From positions 2,368,001-2,432,000 of the forward strand of contig OY762492.1 of NCBI GenBank assembly GCA_963665845.2: 64,000 nt of DNA. The letters run 5' to 3'. How positions within the stretch are numbered: position 1 is the stretch's first letter; the number at the start of each line of letters is the position of its first letter. The position numbers and the translations under genes are program-made. Positions 9,768 to 19,117 of this stretch are shown here, piece by piece. The stretch is from Candidatus Poribacteria bacterium (lineage in GTDB: Bacteria; Poribacteria; WGA-4E; GCA-2687025). The notes under the pieces are model-generated. The model had not been told where the DNA came from. It made no database searches and was given only the letters and a program-made list of their open reading frames with translations.

Positions 9768-9820
9768 CAGGCGCGCCTCGTCCACCGCATCCAACAGCCC
9801 AACTTTGAAAGGGTTGCGCC

Positions 9821-10228
9821 GTGAGATTAAAAAAACCGAGGGAGAAACAGCCTCCCAAGCTGGTCATGGAGCCGCTGGTTGACTGCGTCTTCCTTCTGCT
9901 CATCTTCTTTATGGTGGCGAACATTCTGAAGCCCACCTTGCCGTTCACCGTTGAACTGCCGGATTCCAAGTCCCGCGAGGAGTATGTCCGCAAAAAGTTC
10001 AACGTGTACATCAACGCGAACGGGCAGATGTCCGTTGACGACCAGGCGATGCAGGACTATGACGCTCTGGAAAAATACCTGCTGACGCGCGCGAACGAAA
10101 TCGAGGTGCTGATGATCCACGCCGACAAGAACACGAAGCATGGAGATGTGATCGACGCGATGGAACGCGCCAAACGCGCCACGCTCGACAATATCGCCTT
10201 TGTGCTGTCGGACGAGGAGATCGAGTAG
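9821..10228 (+). CDS. exbD: Second ExbD/TolR family protein
   Basis: MEPLVDCVFLLLIFFM, VELP, IHADKNTKHGDVIDAM. Confidence 0.9.
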   Translation: MRLKKPREKQPPKLVMEPLVDCVFLLLIFFMVANILKPTLPFTVELPDSKSREEYVRKKFNVYINANGQMSVDDQAMQDYDALEKYLLTRANEIEVLMIHADKNTKHGDVIDAMERAKRATLDNIAFVLSDEEIE

Positions 10229-10270
10229 CGCTGTACGCTTGACAATTTCCCGCGTCGGTCCCATTACTGG

Positions 10271-10561
10271 TTGAATCGAAAGACGAAACCAGTAAGGACG
10301 CCGAACATGGGAAACGGAACGCGCCCGGCGGAGCAAGCGCAGCGGCGGCTGCGCATCGACGCGGCAAAGGAACATCTGACTCAAGAGGCGCTGAAACGCG
10401 CGCGGCGTCTCAACTGCCTCATGCGGGTTGTTGAGACGCCGATAGGTCTCAACTCGCGCGTGGAGGCGCTTGCCGCGCGCGAACTGGAATCGGAAGGATG
10501 GGCGACTCTCTGCGGACTTACATGCTGGTTTCTGGTGAAGCCTGGGAGCAGCCCGTCATAA
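10271..10561 (+). CDS. Small hypothetical protein
   Basis: ORF fills the gap and is co-oriented, ending 13 bp before the next gene. No recognisable motif; start may be ATG 10307. Confidence 0.45.
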   Translation: MNRKTKPVRTPNMGNGTRPAEQAQRRLRIDAAKEHLTQEALKRARRLNCLMRVVETPIGLNSRVEALAARELESEGWATLCGLTCWFLVKPGSSPS

Positions 10562-10574
10562 GACGCCGCGCGGC

Positions 10575-11303
10575 ATGAGAACGCTCAAGGGGCGTCTCGC
10601 TGCCGTATGGTCAGACCTAAGCGAAGGGTTGTCTGCCGAAGGGCGGACCGCCCTTTTGCTTGTCCCTGTGTTGCTCGCGCTTCACCGCCAATGGATGCTT
10701 CCGCGCGACTTTCGGCGGCTGTTCAGCCGTTTTCAAACGGACCCGCTCTTTGATTTCTACTCATACGCATGGTGGTATTTGGGGAGCGGCGTTTTTCTGT
10801 GCGCTGTACCTTTTCTGATCTGGCGCATTGTTTGGAAGCGGCGGTTTCGGGAGTTCGGCGCGCGTCTCGGCGAGCCGAAGGAGGCGCGGGCTATACTCCC
10901 GGCGGGAGCGGTCATGGTTGCCGTTGCGGTTGCCGCCAGTTTTGTTCCCGAATTTCAAAACAAATATCCGCTGCTCAAAGCCGCTCGAACGCGCCTGGAT
11001 CTGTTTCTTGCTTATGAGCTGCTTTACGGCGTCTATTTTTTCATGTGGGAGTTTTTCTTTCGCGGATGGATGCTGCGCAGCCTGAAACGCGATTTCGGCG
11101 CCGGCGCCGTATGGATACAGACAATACCCTTCGTCTTGATGCATTTTGGAAAGCCGCTGCCGGAAACGCTGGGCGCGGTTCCCGCCGGCCTCTTCCTGGG
11201 ATGGATCGCTTACCGAAGCGATTCGTTTCTCTACGGCTGGCTCTTGCACTGGGCGGTTGCATTCTTTATGGACGTTTCAGCCTCGCTTCAGATACATTTA
11301 TAA
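10575..11303 (+). CDS. CPBP (CAAX/Abi) family intramembrane glutamic endopeptidase
   Basis: Multiple TM helices, WEFFFRG, FVLMHFGKP..E, distal His (LLHW). Confidence 0.85.
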   Translation: MRTLKGRLAAVWSDLSEGLSAEGRTALLLVPVLLALHRQWMLPRDFRRLFSRFQTDPLFDFYSYAWWYLGSGVFLCAVPFLIWRIVWKRRFREFGARLGEPKEARAILPAGAVMVAVAVAASFVPEFQNKYPLLKAARTRLDLFLAYELLYGVYFFMWEFFFRGWMLRSLKRDFGAGAVWIQTIPFVLMHFGKPLPETLGAVPAGLFLGWIAYRSDSFLYGWLLHWAVAFFMDVSASLQIHL

Positions 11304-11330
11304 GGGAACGACGCCGATTGAGGAGAGAAG

Positions 11331-12245
11331 ATGACGCCGATCATGCTGGGGATCATTGGAGCGCGGGGGTTCGCCCATTCGCCGCACAGTTCCGTTGTGG
11401 AGGCGCAGCCCGACCGTTTTCAGATCGCCGCCGTTTACGACCCGTCGCCAGGGCGCGGACTTCAATGGGCAGGCAGATCCCACGCCGCCGCGTATAACAG
11501 CCTCCGCGACCTGCTGTCGCATCAGGAGCTGGACGCCGTTTTTATCGGGCGAAGCGCCGCTTCGGCGAGATACGACGCCGCCCAGTCGGCTCTGGAAGCC
11601 GGGCTGCATGTGGTTCTTGAGCGGCCGATGGCGGCGTCAACGGCGCAGTGCGACCAGTTAATACAGCGGGCGCGGCGCAAGGGCGTCACGCTCACCGTCG
11701 CGCATCTTCGGCGGTGGGATCATCAAACGGCGCATGCCTTGTCGCGCATCGACAGCGGCGAAATCGGCGATCCGCTCATGGTCAAGCTCGCCGCCCCTCT
11801 GCCTAAAGAGGGCGGGCTTCTCTTTTCAGACAGTCTCGATATGCTGGATCTTGCGCAGCTGTTCAACAGCTCGCGTCTTCAGGAGGCGTCCGCCGCGCCG
11901 AACGCGCGCAGCGAGAACGCGCTGGAGTCGCTTTCGGCGCTGTTTCGGTTTGAGGAGCCGCCGTGCGTTGAGCTGTCGCTGCTGCCGTCTTCCAAGTCGC
12001 CGTTTCCGCTCCCTAGGCTGACGGTGGTCGGAACGCGCGGCGCCATTGTCGATTCGTCTCCGCTGGACGCGCCGAGCGCGCAAGGCTTTTACGATGGGCT
12101 ATGGAAATCGATTCGCCAGCGGGCAAAGGCGCCGGTGATGGCGTCGTCGGCGCGCAACGCGGTTTATCTGGCGGAGAGCGTTCTGGAATCGGCGCGGCTA
12201 GGGCGCGCCGTCCAAACGGAACGGCTGCTCAAAGCGGTCGAATAG
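11331..12245 (+). CDS. Gfo/Idh/MocA family oxidoreductase (divergent)
   Basis: GIIGA, ALEAGLHVVLERPMA (EKP changed to ERP), VAHLRRWD. Confidence 0.8.
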   Translation: MTPIMLGIIGARGFAHSPHSSVVEAQPDRFQIAAVYDPSPGRGLQWAGRSHAAAYNSLRDLLSHQELDAVFIGRSAASARYDAAQSALEAGLHVVLERPMAASTAQCDQLIQRARRKGVTLTVAHLRRWDHQTAHALSRIDSGEIGDPLMVKLAAPLPKEGGLLFSDSLDMLDLAQLFNSSRLQEASAAPNARSENALESLSALFRFEEPPCVELSLLPSSKSPFPLPRLTVVGTRGAIVDSSPLDAPSAQGFYDGLWKSIRQRAKAPVMASSARNAVYLAESVLESARLGRAVQTERLLKAVE

Positions 12246-12273
12246 CGGTTAAACAAAAGAGAGGGACTGCCCC

Positions 12274-13758
12274 ATGAACGATGACATACGCGGCCTCGCC
12301 GCCATGAGGCGAGAAAAAGCGGCAAAAATGCGCGCCAAAGGCATGGACCCGTACCCGCATCTTTTTGAACCGACCGCCTTATCGAAAGAGCTGTTGGAAA
12401 AATGGGCGGAGATGGAGCCTGGCGAAACGAGCGAGGAGGAAGTATGCATCGCCGGACGCATGATGTCGCGCAGGTTGATGGGCAAAAGCGCCTTCGCCCA
12501 CCTTCAGGACGACGCCGGACCGATACAGATCTATGTTCGGCAAAACGTGGTCGGCGACGACGCTTACGACGATTTCAAAACGCTGTTCGACATCGGGGAC
12601 ATTCTCGGCGTCGAAGGTACCGTATTCCGCTCAAGGATGGGCGAGCTGACCGTGGAAGCGCGCAATGTAACGATGCTCTCCAAAGCCGTTCGCCCGCTGC
12701 CGGAGAAATTCCATGGGCTTACCGATGTGGAGACGCGCTACCGCCAGCGGTATCTCGACCTGATCATGAACCGAGAGGTGCGCGATGTGATGGAGACGCG
12801 GACGCGGGTTTTTCAAGCGACGCGCGATTTTTTGAACGGACGCGGTTTTTTGGAGGTGGAAACGCCGATCCTGCAGCCCATTTACGGCGGGGCGGCGGCG
12901 CGCCCGTTCACAACGCATCACAATGTTTTAGACGAAACGCTGTATCTGCGCATCTCCAATGAGCTGTACTTAAAACGTCTCATCGTCGGCGGAATAGAGC
13001 GGGTGTACGAGTTCTCCAAAGATTTTCGCAACGAAGGAATCGACCGCACCCATAACCCTGAATTCACCATGCTTGAGGCGTATCAGGCATACGCCGATTA
13101 CGAGGGGATGATGGAGCTGGTTGAAAACATGTCGGCGCATGCGATTGAAGCGTCCGTCGGAACCTTGCAAACAGAATGGCAGGGAAAGACGCTGGACTGG
13201 ACGCCCCCTTGGCGGCGCGTCTCCATGACAGAGAGCATACAGGAGGCGGCGGGCGTCGATGTCCTGGAGATGAGCGCGGCGCAGCTGAAGGCGGAGCTGG
13301 AGAAGCGCGGGGTTGAGATTCCCGAACACGCCGATTCATGGGGCTTGCTAGTGGCGGAGCTGTTTGAAGCGGCGGCGGAGCCTCATCTTTTTGAGCCGAC
13401 AATCATCCATGACTACCCGCTGGAGACCTCGCCGCTGGCGAAAAAGAAGCGCGGGGACGAGCGTTTCGTGGAGCGGTTTGAGGCGTTTGCCGGCGGAATG
13501 GAGCTCGGAAACGCATACAGCGAGCTGAACGATCCGGACGATCAGCGGGCGCGGATGGAGGCGCAGGCGGTTCAACGGGAACGCGGCGACGATGAAAGCC
13601 ATCTATTTGACGAGGATTATATCCGCGCGCTTGAATACGGTATGCCGCCGACAGGCGGACTCGGCGTCGGCATGGACAGGCTGGCGATGCTCGCGACGAA
13701 CAGCCCATCAATCCGCGACGTCATCTTCTTTCCGCAAATGCGAACGCATACGCCATGA
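12274..13758 (+). CDS. lysS: Lysine--tRNA ligase (class II)
   Basis: OB-fold, RYRQRYLDL, YGGAAARPF, FRNEGID..HNPEF, GMPPTGGLGVGMDRL. Confidence 0.98.
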   Translation: MNDDIRGLAAMRREKAAKMRAKGMDPYPHLFEPTALSKELLEKWAEMEPGETSEEEVCIAGRMMSRRLMGKSAFAHLQDDAGPIQIYVRQNVVGDDAYDDFKTLFDIGDILGVEGTVFRSRMGELTVEARNVTMLSKAVRPLPEKFHGLTDVETRYRQRYLDLIMNREVRDVMETRTRVFQATRDFLNGRGFLEVETPILQPIYGGAAARPFTTHHNVLDETLYLRISNELYLKRLIVGGIERVYEFSKDFRNEGIDRTHNPEFTMLEAYQAYADYEGMMELVENMSAHAIEASVGTLQTEWQGKTLDWTPPWRRVSMTESIQEAAGVDVLEMSAAQLKAELEKRGVEIPEHADSWGLLVAELFEAAAEPHLFEPTIIHDYPLETSPLAKKKRGDERFVERFEAFAGGMELGNAYSELNDPDDQRARMEAQAVQRERGDDESHLFDEDYIRALEYGMPPTGGLGVGMDRLAMLATNSPSIRDVIFFPQMRTHTP

Positions 13759-15047
13759 GCCTACCCTGCGAGCGTCTCATCGGCTGGCGTTATCTGCGGG
13801 CGAAACCGTTTCAAACGATCATCTCCGTTCTGGGGGTTTTTTTAGGGATGGTCGCGCTCATTGTGGCGTATTCGATCTGGTCGGGCTTGGAAGCGATCCT
13901 GTATAATCGGCTCATCAGTTCGGAGCCGCATCTGACGGCGCAGAAGATCGGGAAGCGGTTCATCGATTATGAAGAGTTCATTGCCAACATGGAGACGAAG
14001 GAGAAGGTGTCCGCCGTTGCGCCGAGCGTTGAGCAGGTGGCGCTGATTCAGAACCTAATGAACGGGCGCCGCTCCGGCGTTCAGATACGCGGCATCGACT
14101 CGGAGCGGGGGGGTTATGTAACCCGCATCCATGGCAATCTGGCAAGCTATCAGAACAACCCGCTGGCGGAGGAGATGTTTAAAGAGGGCGGCCCGATCAA
14201 CTTCGATCGCCCCGACATTATCAGCATCGGCCGCTCCAAGCTGCCGGAGGGGGACACCATCGCGGGGGGCATCATTCTGGGCGAGGCGGTCGCGGGTACG
14301 CTGGGGATCGACATCGGCGACCCGGCGCTGCTCTATACCGATGTGGAGCGCATCGCGGGGCGCATCGTCGCCAGCATCCGCACCTTTATTGTGATCGACT
14401 TTTATCAGTCGGGAGTGTATGCGCTGGACAGCCGCAACGCCTATGTGGAGCTGTCCGCGGCGCAGCGCGCCTTCAACATGGGAGACGCCGTCACCCGCGT
14501 GGACATCCGCACCGCGGAGCCGGACGACGCGGACGACGTGAAAAAAGAGATACTCAACGAATACGGCATGACCTACCATGCGCGGACATGGAAAGAGCGG
14601 TGGGGGGAGATGTTTGCGCTGCTTGAGCTGGAGAAGATGGGCGCGTCGATCATCTTTGCGCTCATTGTGCTGGTGGCAAGTTTCAGCATCGCCGTCATGA
14701 TCCTGATGCTTGTCAAAGAAAAGACGCGCGAGATCGGAATCCTGAAAACGATGGGAATGTCGGACAGATCGGTTCTGCGCATCTTTGGGCTTTACAGCGC
14801 CGCTATCGGCGGGATGGGCGCGGTCGCCGGGACGCTCGGCAGCCTCGGCTTGTGTTGGCTCATCACGCAGTTGGAGATACCGCTCCCGGCGCAGTTTTAC
14901 TACATCTCGACAGTTCCGGTTGAGATCAGCTGGCCCTTTATCGGTCTGGTGAACGCGTTGACGATGACGGTATGCCTTGGGGTCTCCTTTTTGCCGTCGC
15001 GCCGCGCTTCGCTGATGGATCCTGTCGAGGCGCTGCGTTATGAATAA
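13755..15047 (+). CDS. Lipoprotein-releasing ABC transporter permease LolC/E family
   Basis: FtsX/MacB-type permease, EKTREIGILKTMG, DPVEALRYE C-terminus; lies between lysS and lolD. Confidence 0.9.
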   Translation: MSLPCERLIGWRYLRAKPFQTIISVLGVFLGMVALIVAYSIWSGLEAILYNRLISSEPHLTAQKIGKRFIDYEEFIANMETKEKVSAVAPSVEQVALIQNLMNGRRSGVQIRGIDSERGGYVTRIHGNLASYQNNPLAEEMFKEGGPINFDRPDIISIGRSKLPEGDTIAGGIILGEAVAGTLGIDIGDPALLYTDVERIAGRIVASIRTFIVIDFYQSGVYALDSRNAYVELSAAQRAFNMGDAVTRVDIRTAEPDDADDVKKEILNEYGMTYHARTWKERWGEMFALLELEKMGASIIFALIVLVASFSIAVMILMLVKEKTREIGILKTMGMSDRSVLRIFGLYSAAIGGMGAVAGTLGSLGLCWLITQLEIPLPAQFYYISTVPVEISWPFIGLVNALTMTVCLGVSFLPSRRASLMDPVEALRYE

Positions 15048-15732
15048 ACGCAAGCCTTTCATTCGCGCTCAAAATGTGGTAAAAACGTTCCAGGGGGCAA
15101 GCGAGGAGCTTGTCGTTCTGCGCGGCGTCAACCTGCATATTCAGGAGCGGGAGATCTTGACCGTGGTCGGCGAATCGGGCGCTGGAAAAAGCACATTGCT
15201 GTATCTGCTGGGCGGTTTGGACAAGCCGACCGAGGGGAGCGTTTTTTACGGCGACATCAACATTGCGGAGCTGTCGCCGCCGCAGTTGGCGCAGTACCGC
15301 AGTCAGCATATCGGTTTTGTGTTTCAGTTTCACCATCTGATGCCGGAGTTCACGGCTCTTGAAAATGTGGCGATGGCGGGCATGATCGCCGGAAGAGAGC
15401 GCGGCGACGCGACCGACCGAGCGCGCGATCTTCTCATGGATGTCGGGCTGGGGGAACGGCTTGGACACCGCCCGCCGCAGCTTTCCGGCGGAGAACGGCA
15501 GCGGGTCGCGCTGGCGAGGGCATTGACAAACGAGCCGCGCGTCGTCTTAGCAGACGAGCCGACCGGCAACCTTGACCGAAAAACGAGCGAAGCCGTCCAT
15601 GACCTAATCTGGGAACTGCGCGACAAGCTGGGGCAAACATTCGCCATTGTGACGCACAACCCGCAGCTCGCTGAGCGTTCCGACAGAACGGTGGAACTGG
15701 TGGACGGACGCGCGCGTCGACAAACAGGATAG
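15040..15732 (+). CDS. lolD: Lipoprotein-releasing ABC transporter ATP-binding protein
   Basis: GESGAGKST, GFVFQFHHL LolD motif, LSGGERQR, ADEPTGNLD. Confidence 0.92.
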   Translation: MNKRKPFIRAQNVVKTFQGASEELVVLRGVNLHIQEREILTVVGESGAGKSTLLYLLGGLDKPTEGSVFYGDINIAELSPPQLAQYRSQHIGFVFQFHHLMPEFTALENVAMAGMIAGRERGDATDRARDLLMDVGLGERLGHRPPQLSGGERQRVALARALTNEPRVVLADEPTGNLDRKTSEAVHDLIWELRDKLGQTFAIVTHNPQLAERSDRTVELVDGRARRQTG

Positions 15733-15753
15733 GGGAACAGGATAGGGTTCAAC

Positions 15754-16647
15754 ATGCAAATATATCTGGACGGAGAGTTCGTCTCAAAAGAGAACGCCAA
15801 AGTCTCCGTTTTTGACCATGGGCTGTTATACGGGGACGGGATCTTTGAGGGCATCCGCCTCTACAACGGCAGAGTTTTTAAACTGGACGAGCATCTGCGC
15901 AGGCTTTACAACTCCGCCAAAGCGATCATGTTGACGATACCGATGGACATCGACGAGATGGAGGAGACGGTTCTGGAAACATGCAGGCGCAACAACCTGA
16001 CAGACGGATATATTCGGCTTGTCGTCACGCGCGGCGTCGGCGATCTTGGGCTGGGTCCTGAAAAATGCCCCAAAGCGTTTGTGATCTGCATCGCGGACTC
16101 CATCGCGCTTTATCCTGAATGGTGCTATCGAGACGGGTTGACCGTTGTGACCGCGGCGACGCGGCGCAACCTGACCGAGGCGCTGAACCCGCGCATCAAG
16201 TCGCTCAACTATCTCAACAACATTCTGGCGAAGATTGAAGGCGCTGCGGCAGGCGCGCAGGAAGCGCTGATGCTGAACCAGGAAGGTTATGTGGTAGAAT
16301 GCAGCGGCGACAACATCTTTATTGTGCAGGACGGGCGGCTTTTGACGCCTCCGACGCTGGTCGGCGCGCTGGACGGCATCACCCGCGCGGTGACGCTGGA
16401 ACTCGCCGACGGGCTCGGCATTCCGACGCAGGAGACGATCTTCACCCGATACGATATTTACACCAGCGATGAATGCTTTTTGACCGGAACGGCGGCGGAG
16501 ATCGTGCCGGCGGTGTCGCTTGACCAGCGCATCATCGGCGACGGAAAGCCGGGGCCTGTAACGCGCATGCTCATTCAAGCGTTCCGAAATATGACAACGT
16601 CAAGCGGAACCCCGCTGCATCCAAGCGGGGCGGACCGCTCGCAATAA
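15754..16647 (+). CDS. ilvE: Branched-chain amino acid aminotransferase
   Basis: LLYGDGIFEGIR, IKSLNYLNN (PLP Lys), LDGITR, GTAAEI. Confidence 0.95.
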   Translation: MQIYLDGEFVSKENAKVSVFDHGLLYGDGIFEGIRLYNGRVFKLDEHLRRLYNSAKAIMLTIPMDIDEMEETVLETCRRNNLTDGYIRLVVTRGVGDLGLGPEKCPKAFVICIADSIALYPEWCYRDGLTVVTAATRRNLTEALNPRIKSLNYLNNILAKIEGAAAGAQEALMLNQEGYVVECSGDNIFIVQDGRLLTPPTLVGALDGITRAVTLELADGLGIPTQETIFTRYDIYTSDECFLTGTAAEIVPAVSLDQRIIGDGKPGPVTRMLIQAFRNMTTSSGTPLHPSGADRSQ

Positions 16648-16680
16648 CTGAAAGCGCAGGCAGAGCGGAGGAAAGGCGTT

Positions 16681-19002
16681 ATGATTCCCAACCAGGGTTT
16701 AACCGAAGGCGCCCGCAAGGCGTTTGGAGTGGCATACGCCGAAGCGCGTAAGATGAGCCACGCCCATGTTTGCGTTGGACATCTTCTGTTTGCGCTGCTG
16801 AAAGATGTGGACAGCTCCGCCGTTCAGTGTCTTGAAAGCCTGCATATCGACATTGAAAGGCTGCAGAGGCGGCTTGAGCTGGAGCTGCATCGTCTGCCGA
16901 AAGACAGCTACGCGCGCGGAGACGAGCAATCGCAATACACGCGCCGATGCGCCTTAGCCGTCAGCCTCGCCCAAGAGGAAGCGCGCCGCTGCAAGAGCCG
17001 TTTGACCGACACCTCGCATCTGCTTTTAGCCGTATTGCGCAGCGAGGGGGAAGCGTCCGCCGCGCTGAAATCGATGGGTTTGGATGAGGAGACGCTGCGC
17101 AAAAGAATCGCGCGCGGAGCCGACCATGTCGATTCAGGAATGGGCGAACCGAAAGAGGCGGGAAAAAGCCGCAAAGAGTCGCTGCTAAAGCAATTTAGCC
17201 GAGACCTGACCGCGCTTGCCGCCGAAAATGAGCTGGACCCGCTCATCGGGCGAAGCAGGGAGCTGGAGCGGTTGACGCAGGTTCTTCTTCGGCGGACGAA
17301 AAACAACCCCGCGCTCATTGGAGAGCCGGGCGTCGGCAAGACGGCGATTGTGGAGGGGTTGGCGCAAAGAATCGCCGCGAAGAATATCCCGCCCGCGCTT
17401 GCCGATAAACGCCTTCTGTCGATCGATCTCGGCGCGCTCATCGCCGGGACAAAATACCGCGGGCAGTTTGAGGAGCGGTTCAAGGCGGTCATGAAGGAAG
17501 CGTCAAACCGACAAAACGCGATTCTGTTCATCGACGAACTGCATACGCTTGTCAACACAGGCGCGTCCGAAGGCTCCATCGATGCGGCGAATATGCTGAA
17601 ACCCGCCCTGGCGCGCGGCGACATACAGTGCATCGGCGCCACCACCGTGCGCGAGTACCGCAAGCATATTGAACGGGACGGCGCGCTGGAACGCCGCTTT
17701 CAGCCGATCATGGTGGAGGAGCCGTCCCAAGAGGAGACGATCCGCATTCTTCAAGGTCTCAAATCGCGGTATGAGGAGCATCATCAGGCGCAGTATGAGG
17801 ACGGGGCGGTGGAGGCGTCGGTTCTGCTGTCGCAGCGGTACATACAGGGGCGATTTTTGCCGGACAAGGCGATCGATGTGTTTGACGAGGCGGGGTCGCT
17901 GGCGCGCCTGCGTCAACCGCGCGAAATGGAATCGGAGGCTTCGTCAACGGAACGCGAGCCGGTCCTCGTAACCTCCAACGACGCCGCGGAGGCGGTCTCC
18001 CGCTGGACAGGCATACCGGTGTCGCGCCTGGAGGAGGGCGAATCGGAGAAGGCGCTGCGCCTGCAGGCGGAGCTGGAGGAGCGCATCATCGGGCAGGAAG
18101 AAGCGGTGCAGCTGGTGACGCGCGCGATACAGCGCTCGCGGGCGGGAATGAAAAATCCGCGCCGCCCGATCGGGTCGTTTCTGTTTGTCGGACCGACCGG
18201 CGTCGGCAAAACCTATCTCGCCGAGCAGCTGGCGGAGCTGCTGTTCGACAGCCCCGACGCGCTCATCCGCGTCGACATGTCGGAGTTTATGGAGAGGTTC
18301 AACGTCTCGCGGCTCACGGGCGCGCCGCCGGGGTATGTCGGACACGGCGAGGGCGGGACGCTCATGGAGCGGGTGCGGCGGCGCCCGTATTCGGTCGTCC
18401 TGCTGGACGAGATCGAGAAGGCGCACCCCGACGTTTACAATCTTCTGCTGCAGGCGCTGGAAAGCGGGCAGATCACCGACTCGCTTGGAAACGCGGTAGA
18501 TTTTCGGCATACGCTGCTGATCATGACCTCCAACGCGGGGACGCGCGGCTTGACGCAGGAGCGGTCGGTCGGCTTCGGCTCCGCGGAGGATGCCCCCGCG
18601 CCGCGCGAAAGCATGGAGGGGCGCATGTTGGACGCGCTCAAACAGACCTTCAGCCCAGAGTTCCTAAGCCGCATCGATGAGATCGTGATGTTTCAGGCGC
18701 TGGGGGTAGAAGAAATTCGGCGGATTGCGGACCTGATGATCGACGATCTGAAGGCGCGGACATTGGAGCATGGAAACCTGTTGATTGTGGAGCCGGAGGC
18801 GATCGATTTTTTGGTGAAGGAGGGGTTTCATCCGTCGCAGGGGGCGCGCGGTTTGAGGCGCGAGGTTCGCCGCCGACTCGAGAACAGCCTTGCTGAAGAG
18901 ATCCTGCGTTCCCAGCCGGCGCCGGGCGCCGCCATACGCGCCCTGATTCAAGACGGCGACCTTCATATAGAGGTGGAGCCGTCGCCCATCGTCGTCGCTT
19001 GA
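16681..19002 (+). CDS. ATP-dependent Clp protease ATP-binding subunit (ClpC/ClpA-like, short middle domain)
   Basis: Clp_N repeats, [28 protein letters not shown] ClpP-docking loop. Confidence 0.92.
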   Translation: MIPNQGLTEGARKAFGVAYAEARKMSHAHVCVGHLLFALLKDVDSSAVQCLESLHIDIERLQRRLELELHRLPKDSYARGDEQSQYTRRCALAVSLAQEEARRCKSRLTDTSHLLLAVLRSEGEASAALKSMGLDEETLRKRIARGADHVDSGMGEPKEAGKSRKESLLKQFSRDLTALAAENELDPLIGRSRELERLTQVLLRRTKNNPALIGEPGVGKTAIVEGLAQRIAAKNIPPALADKRLLSIDLGALIAGTKYRGQFEERFKAVMKEASNRQNAILFIDELHTLVNTGASEGSIDAANMLKPALARGDIQCIGATTVREYRKHIERDGALERRFQPIMVEEPSQEETIRILQGLKSRYEEHHQAQYEDGAVEASVLLSQRYIQGRFLPDKAIDVFDEAGSLARLRQPREMESEASSTEREPVLVTSNDAAEAVSRWTGIPVSRLEEGESEKALRLQAELEERIIGQEEAVQLVTRAIQRSRAGMKNPRRPIGSFLFVGPTGVGKTYLAEQLAELLFDSPDALIRVDMSEFMERFNVSRLTGAPPGYVGHGEGGTLMERVRRRPYSVVLLDEIEKAHPDVYNLLLQALESGQITDSLGNAVDFRHTLLIMTSNAGTRGLTQERSVGFGSAEDAPAPRESMEGRMLDALKQTFSPEFLSRIDEIVMFQALGVEEIRRIADLMIDDLKARTLEHGNLLIVEPEAIDFLVKEGFHPSQGARGLRREVRRRLENSLAEEILRSQPAPGAAIRALIQDGDLHIEVEPSPIVVA

Positions 19003-19117
19003 TCTTCGCGTCTTATCCTGTCCATCCCCATGCGCGTTGGCGCATTTTTCCGTTAATAATGTATCATGTGGCAGGCGGCGCTTTTCTCGGCGGGCGCTCG
19101 GAGATGGACTGCATACC

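Noticed and set aside
2340-10228. Canonical Tol-Pal operon
   Set aside because: The PD40 protein is a TPR lipoprotein in a separate upstream unit, and no TolA, Pal or CpoB is present.
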